From Vicinamibacteria bacterium (GTDB lineage: Bacteria; Acidobacteriota; Vicinamibacteria; Marinacidobacterales; Marinacidobacteraceae): a stretch of DNA of 64,000 bases. How positions within the stretch are numbered: the stretch's first letter is position 1; every line of letters begins with the position of its first letter. Location of the stretch: positions 1,568,001-1,632,000 of the forward strand of contig OZ241322.1 of assembly GCA_965199715.1 (NCBI GenBank), read 5' to 3'. A model generated the notes under the pieces. The model was not told where the DNA came from. It did no database searches and was given only the letters and a program-made list of their open reading frames with translations. The position numbers and the translations under genes are program-made. Positions 9,744 through 19,653 of this stretch are shown here, one piece after another.

Positions 9744-10021
9744 GAGCGCGCCGGAGCGAAGTCCGTCGCCGCGTGCGGGCGGTGCGCCGGAACCGTCTTC
9801 CTCGCGCGTCGGTGGCGGATCACCACGGAGGCGCCGATCCCGAAGAGCAGATACGGCATCCCCAGCAGGAACAGGATGCCCCGGTTGAAGCCGGCGGCGG
9901 CCTCGGGGTTCTGTTCCAGCGCGGTTCGGCACATCGCGCACTGCGCCGCCGCGTCCTCGGGGGCGAGGAACGGGAGCGCGATCGCGACGAGGAGCGCCAG
10001 CGCGGGAAGGCGCGCGGTCAT
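9740..10021 (-). CDS. Small exported CxxC (AQCAMC) membrane protein, last gene of oxidase operon
   Basis: ATGA overlap with subunit IV; signal peptide, QCAMCR, one TM helix. Confidence 0.75.
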   Translation of the reverse strand: MTARLPALALLVAIALPFLAPEDAAAQCAMCRTALEQNPEAAAGFNRGILFLLGMPYLLFGIGASVVIRHRRARKTVPAHRPHAATDFAPARS

Positions 10022-10314
10022 CGGCTGCTCGCGAGGATGTGGAGGCCGTCGTACGCGGGCAGCACGAACATCAGGATGCTGGTCAGGAAAAGACCCACGA
10101 GCACCGTCAGGATGAGCTGCATGTGCTCGAACTTGAGGTGCATGTAGTAGAAGATGATGAGGGTCGCCTTGATGGCCGATCCGAAGAGCACGAGGCTGAG
10201 CGCCAGCGCGGTGGGCAACGACGCGCCCTCGATGGCGATCATGAGAAGGGTGACGGCCAGCAGGACGCCCCAGAGGATCCAGTAGCCCCGGTAGGGATGC
10301 GCGGACGAACTCAT
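10018..10314 (-). CDS. ctaF: Cytochrome c oxidase subunit IV
   Basis: 3 TM, KATLIIFYYMHLKFE, operon context. Confidence 0.85.
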   Translation of the reverse strand: MSSSAHPYRGYWILWGVLLAVTLLMIAIEGASLPTALALSLVLFGSAIKATLIIFYYMHLKFEHMQLILTVLVGLFLTSILMFVLPAYDGLHILASSR

Positions 10315-10326
10315 GAAATCCCCTCC

Positions 10327-10932
10327 TCAGACCAGGTAGAACAAGGCGAACACAAAGACCCAGACAAGGTCCACGAAGTGCCAGTAAAGGCCGGCGTTCT
10401 CGACCCCGGCCGCCGAATACTTCCCGAGCGCCGAGCGGATCGCGACGACGAGCAGCACGGTCACGCCGGTGAGGACGTGGAAGCCGTGGAAGCCGGTGAT
10501 GATGAAGAAGAACTGGCTGAAGGTCGGCGAACCCCACGGGTTCCCGGTGATGCCGCCGCCCTCGGCGATGAAGTGGCTCCACTCGTACACCTGCATGCCG
10601 AGGAAGCCGAAGCCGCCGATGATCGTGAGCCACAAGAAGAGCGTGACCCGGTCCTTGCGCCCCATCTCGGCCGCCGCGACCGCGCAGGCCATGGTGGCCG
10701 ACGAGCTGATGAGCACGAAGGTCATCGCCGCGATGTAGGTGAGGCTGAAGACCTCCGACTGCTCGGGCCAATCGCCGGTGGCGATGCGGACCACGCCGTA
10801 GGACACCAGCAGGCCAGCGAAGAGCAGGGCGTCGGTGACGATGAAGAACCACATCATGGTCTTCTGCCAGGTGGCGCCGAAGGGGCTGGCGCCGCCGCCC
10901 CAATCGGCCTCTGCGAGCACGGTCTGGCTCAT
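10327..10932 (-). CDS. ctaE: Cytochrome c oxidase subunit III family (copy 2)
   Basis: FFIITGFHGFHV, GLYWHFVDLVW. Confidence 0.92.
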   Translation of the reverse strand: MSQTVLAEADWGGGASPFGATWQKTMMWFFIVTDALLFAGLLVSYGVVRIATGDWPEQSEVFSLTYIAAMTFVLISSSATMACAVAAAEMGRKDRVTLFLWLTIIGGFGFLGMQVYEWSHFIAEGGGITGNPWGSPTFSQFFFIITGFHGFHVLTGVTVLLVVAIRSALGKYSAAGVENAGLYWHFVDLVWVFVFALFYLV

Positions 10933-10963
10933 GCGGCCTCCTGTTTCCCGATGCCCGGAAACG

Positions 10964-11548
10964 TCATCCGAGCAGGAACATCACGGCCAGCAGATAGATC
11001 CACAGACCGCCGACGAAATGCCAGTAGATGGCGGTGAGGGTCGGAGCGTCCGACCGTCCGGGGACGAGGCGTCCGACGGCCGCGAGCAGCGCGACCGCGA
11101 CGAGAGCGACCACGCCCGCGAGCAGATGCGCCCCGTGCACTCCGGTCAATACGAAGAAGAACGAACTCTTGGGGTGGCTTTGGAGGTACACCCCGGCGTC
11201 CTGGAGCGCCCGCCACGAGGCGAGCTGGCAGGCGAGGAATCCGACCCCAAGCGCCGCCGTCGCGAGCATCGCGTTCCGGAACGCCGGAAGCCGCCCGCCC
11301 TGGAACGCCCGCCGCGCCCGTTCGAGCGACGCCGAGCTGAGCAGGATCAGCGCGGTGCCGAGCCACAGGACGGCGGGCGGCTCGAGCGCCACCCAGTCGC
11401 TTCCGCCGCTGCGGACGATGTACGCCGAGGTGAACGCGGCGAACAGCATGGTGATCCCCGCGAGCCCGACGAGCATGCCGAGCCGGTTCACGAACCGGCG
11501 ATCCGCCGGTCCGCCGCCCGCGGCCGCTTCGAAATGCGCAGTGGTCAT
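10964..11548 (-). CDS. Cytochrome c oxidase subunit III family (copy 1)
   Basis: LTGVHGAHL, YWHFVGGLW. Confidence 0.88.
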   Translation of the reverse strand: MTTAHFEAAAGGGPADRRFVNRLGMLVGLAGITMLFAAFTSAYIVRSGGSDWVALEPPAVLWLGTALILLSSASLERARRAFQGGRLPAFRNAMLATAALGVGFLACQLASWRALQDAGVYLQSHPKSSFFFVLTGVHGAHLLAGVVALVAVALLAAVGRLVPGRSDAPTLTAIYWHFVGGLWIYLLAVMFLLG

Positions 11549-11558
11549 GGGGATCCCG

Positions 11559-13286
11559 TCAGTTCTCCCACTGGGTCACGAAGTCGCGCTTCCCGCCGGG
11601 CGGGCTGTACTCGTAGGGCCAGCGCTTCACCTCGGGAATCTCGCCGGGCCAGTTGCCGTGGCCGGGGTGCGGCGGGGTGGACCACTCCAGCCCGACCGAG
11701 TTCCATGGGTTCTCGGTCGCCGGGGCGCCGAAGCGCATGCTGACGAAGTAGTTCCAGATGAAGATGAGCTGGCCGAGGAAGAGGATGAACGCCGCGATGG
11801 TGATGAACACGTTCACCGGCTGGAGCGGCTGCAGGAACTCGTAGACGTTCGGGTCGTAGATCCGCCGCATCATCCCCGAGACGCCGAGGTAGTGCATCGG
11901 GAAGAACACCGCGTAGTAGGCGATGAACGTGATCCAGAAGTGGATCTTCCCGAGACGCTCGCTGAGCATCCGGCCGAACATCTTGGGATACCAGTAGTAC
12001 ACCGCTCCGAAGGCCCCGAAGAGGCCGGCGCCGGCCATGATGAAGTGGAAGTGGCCGACCACGAAGTAGGTGTCGTGAAGCTGGATGTCGGTCGCGTTGG
12101 TCCCGAGGAATATGCCGGTGAGGCCGCCGGTCACGAACAGCGACACCACGGCAAGCGCGAACAGCGCCGGCGTCGTGAACAGGATGCGCGACCTCACGAT
12201 GGTGAACAGCCAGTTGAACGCCTTGACCGCCGACGGGATCGCGATCGCGAGAGTGGTCACCACGAAGAGGCTGCCGAGGAACGGGCTCATGCCGCTCACG
12301 AACATGTGGTGGCCCCAGACGAGGAAACTGAGGGTGCCGATGGCGACGATCGCGTACACCATCGACTTGTAGCCGAAGATCGGACGGCGGCAGAAGGTGG
12401 CGAGGATGTCCGACGTGAACCCCATCGCCGGCAGCATGATGATGTACACCTCGGGGTGGCCGAGGAACCAGAACAGGTGCTGCCAGAGCAGCGGCGTGCC
12501 GCCCTCGTGGGGCATCAGCGTGTCGCCGATGTAGATGCCGGCGGGCAGGAAGAAGCTGGTGCCGAGCGACCGGTCGAACGTCAGCAGGATGGCGCCGGCG
12601 GCGAGCGCCGGGAAGGACAACAGGCCGAGGATGCCGACCACGAACTGCGCCCAGGTGGTCAGCGGCATACGCATCATCCGCAGGCCCTTCGTGCGCAGGT
12701 TCAGGATCGTGACGACGAAGTTGAGGCCGCCCATCGTGAACGAGGCCACGAAGAAGATCATCCCGACCAGCCAGAGCGTCTGTCCGGCGTCGGAGCCGGG
12801 AATCGCGCTGCGGATCGCCGACAGCGGCGGGTAGGCGGTCCAGCCGGAAGCGGCGGCGCCGCCCTCCACGAAGAACGAGACGATGATGATGATCGCGCCC
12901 GGAACCACGGTCCAGAAGGACAGCATGTTCAGGAACGGGAACGCCATGTCGCGGGCGCCGATCTGGAGCGGGATCAGGAAGTTCCCGAAGCCGCTGACCG
13001 GAAGCAGCGACAGCAGGAAGAACACCATGATCGTCCCGTGCATCGTGAACAGGGACACGTAGAACTCGGGAGTCATGATCCCGCTGGCCATGCCCACCGG
13101 GAACAGGTTCTCGAGGAACGGCCACGGGCGCGAGGGGAACCCGAGCTGCAGGCGGATCAGGACCGCGAGAATCCCGCCGATGAACCCCATGGTCATCGCG
13201 AGCGTGAAGTACTGCTTCCCGATCATCTTGTGATCGAAGCTGAAGACGTACTTGCTTATGAAGCCTTGCTTGTGGCCGTGCTCCAT
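11559..13286 (-). CDS. ctaD: Cytochrome c oxidase subunit I, A1 type
   Basis: DHKMIG, MHG, WFLGHPEVY, WGHHMF, AVK, GHFH. Confidence 0.97.
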   Translation of the reverse strand: MEHGHKQGFISKYVFSFDHKMIGKQYFTLAMTMGFIGGILAVLIRLQLGFPSRPWPFLENLFPVGMASGIMTPEFYVSLFTMHGTIMVFFLLSLLPVSGFGNFLIPLQIGARDMAFPFLNMLSFWTVVPGAIIIIVSFFVEGGAAASGWTAYPPLSAIRSAIPGSDAGQTLWLVGMIFFVASFTMGGLNFVVTILNLRTKGLRMMRMPLTTWAQFVVGILGLLSFPALAAGAILLTFDRSLGTSFFLPAGIYIGDTLMPHEGGTPLLWQHLFWFLGHPEVYIIMLPAMGFTSDILATFCRRPIFGYKSMVYAIVAIGTLSFLVWGHHMFVSGMSPFLGSLFVVTTLAIAIPSAVKAFNWLFTIVRSRILFTTPALFALAVVSLFVTGGLTGIFLGTNATDIQLHDTYFVVGHFHFIMAGAGLFGAFGAVYYWYPKMFGRMLSERLGKIHFWITFIAYYAVFFPMHYLGVSGMMRRIYDPNVYEFLQPLQPVNVFITIAAFILFLGQLIFIWNYFVSMRFGAPATENPWNSVGLEWSTPPHPGHGNWPGEIPEVKRWPYEYSPPGGKRDFVTQWEN

Positions 13287-13311
13287 CGTGTTCTCCAGTG
13301 ACTCCGGGGCG

Positions 13312-14133
13312 TCAGTTCCCGGCGGCGGGGGCGTTTTGGGCCACCCAGGCCTCGTAGTCGCCCGCCTCCATGACCTCGAGGAAGGCGCGCATCCGGTAGT
13401 GGCCGAGACCGCACAGCTCGGCGCAGGCCACCTCGTAGTTGCCGGTCTTGATCGGCGTGAACCACACCTCGGTGCTCATGCCCGGAACCAGGTCGCGCTT
13501 GACCCGGAAGTTGGGCAGGAAGAAGGCGTGCTGGACGTCCTTCGAGCGCAGGAGGATCCGCGCCGGGCGGTCCACCGGGAGCACCAACTGGTTCGTGAGC
13601 ACCCAGTCGTCGGCGGCCGCCGGATCCGCGCCGTCGAGCCCGATCTGGTTGTCGATGGCGTACAGCTCGGGGTTGAAGCGCCCGAACTCGCCGTCCGCGC
13701 CCGGATAGTGGAAGTCCCACTGGAACTGCGCACCGACCGCGATGACGGTGACCGCGTCGTCGGGGGCCGGCTCGTTCACCCGCTCCCAGTACACGAGGCC
13801 GGTGAGCACGATCGGGACGAGGATGACCGCGGTCCCGAGCGTCCAGAACATCTCGAGCCGGTGGCTCTCGTGCCAGTTCGAGGCGACCGCGCCGGGCCGG
13901 TCGCGGTAGCGCCACACCACCCAGCCGAGCGCCACCTGGTAGAGCACGAAGGCGACGCCGGTGATCGCGAGGATGATGTTGTAGAGGCTGTCGAGATAGG
14001 CCCGGTCGGACGCCAGCTCGGGGACTCCGTAGCGGAAGAAGTAGGCGACCGAGGCCGCAACCATCACCCACAGGAACAAGGCGAAGGCGATTCCCGCGAG
14101 GCCGCCGGAAGCCGCTTTCGGATCGTCTGCCAT
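13312..14133 (-). CDS. ctaC: Cytochrome c oxidase subunit II (no fused cyt c)
   Basis: DVQH and CAELCGLGHYRM CuA ligands; SD AGGAG. Confidence 0.95.
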   Translation of the reverse strand: MADDPKAASGGLAGIAFALFLWVMVAASVAYFFRYGVPELASDRAYLDSLYNIILAITGVAFVLYQVALGWVVWRYRDRPGAVASNWHESHRLEMFWTLGTAVILVPIVLTGLVYWERVNEPAPDDAVTVIAVGAQFQWDFHYPGADGEFGRFNPELYAIDNQIGLDGADPAAADDWVLTNQLVLPVDRPARILLRSKDVQHAFFLPNFRVKRDLVPGMSTEVWFTPIKTGNYEVACAELCGLGHYRMRAFLEVMEAGDYEAWVAQNAPAAGN

Positions 14134-14191
14134 GAGGTCTTCTCCTGATTTCCGAACAGGACTCAACGGACCTGCGGGCGCCGCGCCCGCA

Positions 14192-16999
14192 TCAGCGGTC
14201 GTAATTCATGAGATACGTGGCCACGGCCCGCATCTGGGCCATGGGATCGCCGTCGAGAACGTCCGGCAGCGCGGTGACGAGGTTCCCCTGCTGGTCGGTG
14301 GGCCAGAACTGCGGCATCTGGGTGCCTGGCGTGATTCCCTGGGGGTCGAGCAGCCAGTCCACGATCCAGTCGTGCGTGAGCCGCTCGCCGGAAAGGCGGA
14401 ACGACGGGGCGAGCTGCGCCGCGTCCATCGTGCCGGCGGCGGAGGCGATGTGGCAGCGCTCGCACTGGAGCTGGTCGAGGAGCTGGGCGCCGACCCGCAG
14501 CGCGGCCCGCGTCGTCTCGCGCTCGTCCTCGGCGTCGAACGGCTGGCCGCCGTCCATCGCGAGGAAGCCGGTGACCAACGTGTTCGCCTCCTCCGGCGTG
14601 AAGTCGAAGGTCGGCATCCGGGCCTGCATCCAGAAACGGACCTCGCTCGGCTCCCGCAGGAAGTGGTAGAGCCAGTCGGCCTGGGTGCGGGCGCCCTGGG
14701 TGTTCAGGTTCGGCGGATGCATGCCCGAATCCGCGATCGCTTCGTAGATCCCGCCGCCCGCGCCGTCGATGACGTGGCAGCCGCGGCAGTTGTAGTCATG
14801 GATCAGGCGGCGGGCGTCCTCGGCGACCGCCTCGGCCGCGGAGAGCGTCTTGACCCCTTCCATCGGGAACTCGTCGTTCACCTGCCCCAGCACGTTGCGC
14901 ACGAGGTTGAGCCGGTCCGAGTCCTCGAACGCGAAGTACGGCATCCGCAGCTTCTCGCCCGGCAGCTTCTCCTTGCCCCGGTCGTAGCTCCTCGGCGCCG
15001 CCAGCTTGTTGTCCAGCCACGCCTGGCGGGTGTGCGGAACGTCCACGTACCCGAAATCCAGCCGCGTGACCATCTTGGAGCCCCACGTCGAGAGATCCAC
15101 CCCGATGTTCTGGGCTTCCTCGAATCCCGAGATCTCGTGGCAGCCGAAGCAGCCGTAGCGGAGGATGAGACGCTCGCCGGAGTACAGCAGCTTGTCCTGC
15201 TCGGACATCTCCGCGAGCCGTTCGTCGGCCAGCCGCTGCGGCAGCCCGGCGCGGAGGAACTCGCTGGTGATGACGTCCAGCTCGCCGGCGTCCATCGCCG
15301 GCCCGGCCCCGGCCATGAACTCGGGGGTCTCGCGGGAGACGAGCCACGCGGTGACGTCCGCCGCCTCCCGGTTCGTGAGCCGGAGGCTCGGCATGAAGGT
15401 GTCGGCCCAGTGGCTCTTCGGATCGCGGATCCACTCGTAGATGAAGCCCGGATCCAGCTTCGTGCCCGTGCCGGTGAGCGCGGGGCCGCGGCGGCGGTAG
15501 ATGCTCGCGTCGGCGTAGCCGGCCTCGTCGGTCAGGTGGCAGCCGGTGCAGCCCACCTCGGCGAAAAGCGTCTCGCCCCGCCCGGCGTCGCCGGGCGGCG
15601 GGGCCGGGTACTTCGGCTCGTCCGCGGCGCGGTCGAAGATGTACTCGACGATCGCCGCGACCTCGGTGTCGTTGCGCGCCCCGTGGTCGGCGTCGGGGTT
15701 GTTCTCCAGGTCCCAGAACTTCGGCATCCACGTGGAGCTGCGGAACGACTTCGGGTCCTTGACCCAGCGGGCGACGAAGTCCTGCGTGGTCTTGGTGGCG
15801 ATCCGGTTCAGCGAGGGGCCGCGCTTGCGCTTGCCCTCGAAGCCCGCGGTGTTGTGGCAGCCGTAGCAGCCGGCCAGCTCGTAGGTGAGCCGGCTGTCGT
15901 TCAGGTGGGTCGCCTGCGGCACGAAGACCTGGTCGCGGTGGCACTTGATGCAGCCGGCCTCGGTGACGTTCGCCGGGAACATCGGGCTGTCCCAGTAGTG
16001 ATCTTCCCGCCAGTCGTACTTCTCGACCCACTCGAGCTCCTGCTCGTGGTTCTGCGGGCTGTGGGTCGCGCCGGTGAAGGTGAGGCGGCGGCCCCGGCCC
16101 TCGTGGCACGAGGTGCAGCCGAAGTCATCGAGTCCGTGCGCCGATTCGCGGCTCACGTAGAGGTCGAGGTTCGGGTGGGCGCGGAAGGGCTGGGGCGCGT
16201 CCGCGTACTCGGGGTTGTCGATCCCGAGGTGGCAGGTCTGGCAGCGGTCGATCCGAGACACTTGCGCGAAGCTGAGGTCCTCGGTCACGTTGCGGACCAG
16301 AACCTGCTGGACCTCGATCGACGGATCGATGAAGTCCACGAGCGGCAGGTTGCGGAAGGTGTTCGGCAGGCTCGGGCGGAGGCTGTCGCGGCGGAGCCGG
16401 GCGAGCGACACGGCCTGGGTCAGGTCGTCGCGCTCCCCGCCCAGTTCCGAGATCCGGGAGAGCAGCTCCCGGCGCTCGGCGCGGAGGCCGCCCAGATCGT
16501 GGTCGAGGCTCACCCGGACGTCCCTCGCGGCGAAGAAGTCGGTCTCGAGCGTCCGGAACTCCTCGTCGCCGATGGCCTTGCCCCACGGGACCCCCCGGGC
16601 CTTCGTCTCCTCGTAGAAGAACTTGTCCGAGTCGTACACCGCCTTCAGCTCGCGCTCCCGGATGTCGGCGAGCGTGCGCTCGACGTCCAGCTCGCCGATC
16701 CGGGCGTCGATGGCGTCCAGCGCGCCCTGCTCGGCTGCGAGCGCGGCCTCGGCCTCGGCGAGCGCGGCCTCGACCCGCTGCAGCTCGGCCTGGTTCACCG
16801 ACTGGAGCGCCGCCTGCTCCTGGGCGGCGGCCTTCTCGCGCTCCATCGCCGTGAACTGCCGCTGGTAGTCCTTCCACTCCCGCGCGTAGTCGAACCAGAC
16901 CATCCAGAGCGTCGAGGCGAGGAGGAGGGCGCTCGAGAACGCGAAGACGACGTGCAGCGCCTTGATGTTGTGCGCGTGGCCGGGAGCGACTTTCGACAA
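14192..16999 (-). CDS. Membrane-anchored octaheme cytochrome c of Rieske/cyt b complex
   Basis: Eight CxxCH: CQTCH, CTSCH, CIKCH, CYGCH, CTGCH, CFGCH, CRGCH, CERCH; N-terminal TM + coiled coil. Confidence 0.92.
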   Translation of the reverse strand: MSKVAPGHAHNIKALHVVFAFSSALLLASTLWMVWFDYAREWKDYQRQFTAMEREKAAAQEQAALQSVNQAELQRVEAALAEAEAALAAEQGALDAIDARIGELDVERTLADIRERELKAVYDSDKFFYEETKARGVPWGKAIGDEEFRTLETDFFAARDVRVSLDHDLGGLRAERRELLSRISELGGERDDLTQAVSLARLRRDSLRPSLPNTFRNLPLVDFIDPSIEVQQVLVRNVTEDLSFAQVSRIDRCQTCHLGIDNPEYADAPQPFRAHPNLDLYVSRESAHGLDDFGCTSCHEGRGRRLTFTGATHSPQNHEQELEWVEKYDWREDHYWDSPMFPANVTEAGCIKCHRDQVFVPQATHLNDSRLTYELAGCYGCHNTAGFEGKRKRGPSLNRIATKTTQDFVARWVKDPKSFRSSTWMPKFWDLENNPDADHGARNDTEVAAIVEYIFDRAADEPKYPAPPPGDAGRGETLFAEVGCTGCHLTDEAGYADASIYRRRGPALTGTGTKLDPGFIYEWIRDPKSHWADTFMPSLRLTNREAADVTAWLVSRETPEFMAGAGPAMDAGELDVITSEFLRAGLPQRLADERLAEMSEQDKLLYSGERLILRYGCFGCHEISGFEEAQNIGVDLSTWGSKMVTRLDFGYVDVPHTRQAWLDNKLAAPRSYDRGKEKLPGEKLRMPYFAFEDSDRLNLVRNVLGQVNDEFPMEGVKTLSAAEAVAEDARRLIHDYNCRGCHVIDGAGGGIYEAIADSGMHPPNLNTQGARTQADWLYHFLREPSEVRFWMQARMPTFDFTPEEANTLVTGFLAMDGGQPFDAEDERETTRAALRVGAQLLDQLQCERCHIASAAGTMDAAQLAPSFRLSGERLTHDWIVDWLLDPQGITPGTQMPQFWPTDQQGNLVTALPDVLDGDPMAQMRAVATYLMNYDR

Positions 17000-17011
17000 G
17001 ACGAACCGTTC

Positions 17012-18133
17012 CTAGATGTTGAAGAAGATCTCGGGGAAGGCGACGATGTACTTCAGGTTGAAGAACCAGCGCAGGTACATCTTGATGGGCAGGCTCAGCA
17101 TCATCAGGAAGAGCGAAACTCCGACGTAGTAGCGCACCGCTCCCATCTTCTCGTAGTACTTGTTGAGGCTCAGCCACTTGAGGCCCGCGGGGAACCGCGA
17201 ATTCGGCCACGAGAGGGCCACCGGCAGCACGAGCACGTAGGCGCCCACCATGAGCACGCCGAGCCATTCGCGCAGTAGCGCGTTGAAGAGGCCCCCCGAC
17301 GGCAGCGGCATCCCGAGCAGCTTCACCCAGAAGAAGTCGGAGACGTTGACGTTCAGCAGCGGCTCCACCCGGTGGACGTCCCAGTACTCGTAGGGGCCGA
17401 AGAAGTTCCAGTTGGGCCCGCGCAGGAAGGTGCCCGAGACGACGAGCACCGACCACAGGATCAGGAAGCCGTAGAGGAAGATCGCGATCTCGGCCTTCCG
17501 CTCCTTGAACGTGTAGTAGCCGTTCCCCTTGGGGTTCGTGTCGATGTAGGGGATGGCCATGAGCCCGACGATGATGAGCGTCGGGAACACCACGCCGGCG
17601 AGCCACGGGTCGAAATAGACCAGCATCTCCTGGAGGCCGAGGAAGTACCACGGAGCCTTCGAGGGGTTCGGCGAGTCGGCGGGGTTCGCCGGTTGCTCGA
17701 GCGGCGCGGCGAGGAGGATGGACCAGACCAGCAGCACCACGCTGAGCAGGACCATCGCCAGCATTTCGGTATAGACGAGGTCGGGCCAGACCCAGACCTT
17801 CTCCGACTCCGCCTTCTCCAGCGGCGGCTCGCCCGCGGCCTTCCGCCGATCGTTCTCGAGCCCCTGGTGCATCGCGTACCAAGTGAAGAAGAGGACGAGG
17901 AAGAGGACTCCGGTGATCGGGATGTTGTCCGGCTTGGCGACGATCAGGAGGAAGTTCGGGTCCCACATGCTCGCGACGTAGAACACCGAGAAGACGGCGA
18001 AGAAGGCCTTCGCCGCGGTCCGGTGCCAGACGCCGGTGAAGCGGAAGGCGAGCAGGAGGCCGACCGTGCAGATGGTGAACAGCACCGTCGGGCCGGAGCC
18101 CCAGTTCACGATGTTCCGGAAGAGATCGAGCAC
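17012..18133 (-). CDS. Cytochrome b subunit IV-like (PetD/QcrC) with extra TM helices
   Basis: VWPD, PLEQPANP...PNPSKAPWYFLG (PEWY equivalent), IPYID. Confidence 0.88.
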   Translation of the reverse strand: MLDLFRNIVNWGSGPTVLFTICTVGLLLAFRFTGVWHRTAAKAFFAVFSVFYVASMWDPNFLLIVAKPDNIPITGVLFLVLFFTWYAMHQGLENDRRKAAGEPPLEKAESEKVWVWPDLVYTEMLAMVLLSVVLLVWSILLAAPLEQPANPADSPNPSKAPWYFLGLQEMLVYFDPWLAGVVFPTLIIVGLMAIPYIDTNPKGNGYYTFKERKAEIAIFLYGFLILWSVLVVSGTFLRGPNWNFFGPYEYWDVHRVEPLLNVNVSDFFWVKLLGMPLPSGGLFNALLREWLGVLMVGAYVLVLPVALSWPNSRFPAGLKWLSLNKYYEKMGAVRYYVGVSLFLMMLSLPIKMYLRWFFNLKYIVAFPEIFFNI

Positions 18134-18196
18134 GCTGTCAGCCGTTTCGGGTTTCGGTTGCGGGGGCGGAGATCACGGGATGACGACTGCGGCCGG

Positions 18197-18997
18197 CTAC
18201 ATCGGGCCGGAGATTCCTCCGTCCTTGCGGACCCGCCAGAAATGCACCGCCATGAGGACCGCGGCGACGAGCGGAAGCCCCACGCAGTGCAGCACGTAGA
18301 AGCGCAGGAGCGTCGGCTGGCCGATCGAGCGGGCGCCCAGAAGGGCGAAGCGGGCGTCGTTCCCGGTGTTGACGAGGCTGATGTCCCCGAGCGTGAGCGA
18401 CGCGCTGAGCGGCCCCTCGGTGCCGAGCAGCGGGGTCGCGCGGGCCATGTTCGAGCCCACCGCGATCGCCCAGATCGCGAGCTGGTCCCACGGCAGCAGG
18501 TAGCCGGTGAAGGACAGCAGCAGGGTGAGGACGAGCAGCACCACGCCGATGCCCCAGTTGAACTCGCGCGGCGGCTTGTAGGAGCCGGTCATGAACACCC
18601 GGAGCATGTGCAGCCAGACGGTGATGACCATGGCGTGGGCGCCCCACCGGTGCAGCTCCCGCATGATGCCGAGCGGGACGTGCTCTTGCAGGTCCACGAT
18701 GTCCGCGTAGGCGTACTCGACCGTGGGCCGGTAGTAGAACATCAGGAGCAGGCCGGTGAAGGTCAGGACGAGGAACAGGAAGAAGGTCACGCCGCCCATG
18801 CACCAGGTGTAGCGGAGCTTGATCCCCGCCTTCCGCGACTTCACCGGGTGGAGGTGCAGGAACACGTTGCTCATCATCACGAGCGCGCGGTTCCGGTTGC
18901 TCACCGGCTTCCCGTGCCGGAAGACCGAGGACCAGATCTGGTTGTTGGTGGCTTCCTTCCAGGCTCCCTTGAGCGAATCGAGGATGCGGTTCAGCAC
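18197..18997 (-). CDS. petB: Cytochrome b6-like subunit
   Basis: WCMGG (heme ci Cys), [31 protein letters not shown]. Confidence 0.93.
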   Translation of the reverse strand: MLNRILDSLKGAWKEATNNQIWSSVFRHGKPVSNRNRALVMMSNVFLHLHPVKSRKAGIKLRYTWCMGGVTFFLFLVLTFTGLLLMFYYRPTVEYAYADIVDLQEHVPLGIMRELHRWGAHAMVITVWLHMLRVFMTGSYKPPREFNWGIGVVLLVLTLLLSFTGYLLPWDQLAIWAIAVGSNMARATPLLGTEGPLSASLTLGDISLVNTGNDARFALLGARSIGQPTLLRFYVLHCVGLPLVAAVLMAVHFWRVRKDGGISGPM

Positions 18998-19012
18998 GGG
19001 CGGGCGCTCCGA

Positions 19013-19588
19013 TCAGACCATGGGGAGGAACGAGTTGGTGTCCTCCCACTGGTTGGCCTCGAACTTGTAGAGGCGGGACTTGTCGATGAGGATCTGGCCG
19101 TCGTCGGCGAGGCTCACGCCGACCCGTTCCAGCGGACGGGGCGCCGGCCCCTCGAAGTTGATGCCGCTGATGTAGAACCCGCTGCCGTGGCAGGGGCACT
19201 TGAACTTGGACTCGGCCTCGAGCCAGTTGGGCGTGCAGCCGAGGTGGGTGCAGATCGTCGAGAGCGCGTAGATCTTTTCCTCGTCGCGGACGATCCAGAC
19301 CTGGTAGCGCTCCTTGAAGCGGGTGTCCACCACGCCGATCGCGAAGTCGTCGGGGAACCCGGCCGTGAAAGTCGAGGGCGGCTCGGTGAGCACGTTCGGG
19401 AACATGAACCGCCCGGCGGCGGTCAGCCCGGCGCCGACGGCGGCGATGAAGAACCCCCACGCGATGGCGAGGAACGGAAACTCGCGGCGGGTGACCTTCT
19501 GCGCGCCGGCCTTGGGGGACCGTTTCGGGGCGACCTTCGGAGGAGGCTTCGGAGCGCTCGCCGCGGGAGGGTCAGTCGTTTCGGGCAT
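19013..19588 (-). CDS. petC: Rieske 2Fe-2S subunit
   Basis: Tat TRREF; CTHLGC, CPCHGS, GPAPRPL. Confidence 0.93.
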   Translation of the reverse strand: MPETTDPPAASAPKPPPKVAPKRSPKAGAQKVTRREFPFLAIAWGFFIAAVGAGLTAAGRFMFPNVLTEPPSTFTAGFPDDFAIGVVDTRFKERYQVWIVRDEEKIYALSTICTHLGCTPNWLEAESKFKCPCHGSGFYISGINFEGPAPRPLERVGVSLADDGQILIDKSRLYKFEANQWEDTNSFLPMV

Positions 19589-19624
19589 CGGGAACTCGGA
19601 TGGGCTGATGGGCGAGCGGCCGCA

Positions 19625-19630
19625 ATTCTA
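19625..19630 (-). promoter_or_regulatory. Candidate -10 box (TAGAAT) of respiratory operon
   Basis: AT-rich TAGAAT in the 65-nt gap upstream of the Rieske gene. Confidence 0.5.
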
Positions 19631-19653
19631 TATGGAAGCCGGCCCGGTTTCGG

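Noticed and set aside
10327-11548. Two subunit III genes as a novelty
   Set aside because: Known arrangement in several phyla
14192-16999. Hydroxylamine oxidoreductase or alternative complex III
   Set aside because: Heme spacing and Rieske/cyt b context do not fit; no ActB/ActC homologs
14132-17278. Long antisense or alternative-frame ORFs (also 33617-37339, 42757-45888, 54265-57429)
   Set aside because: Shadows of real genes in high-GC DNA; low-complexity translations without motifs
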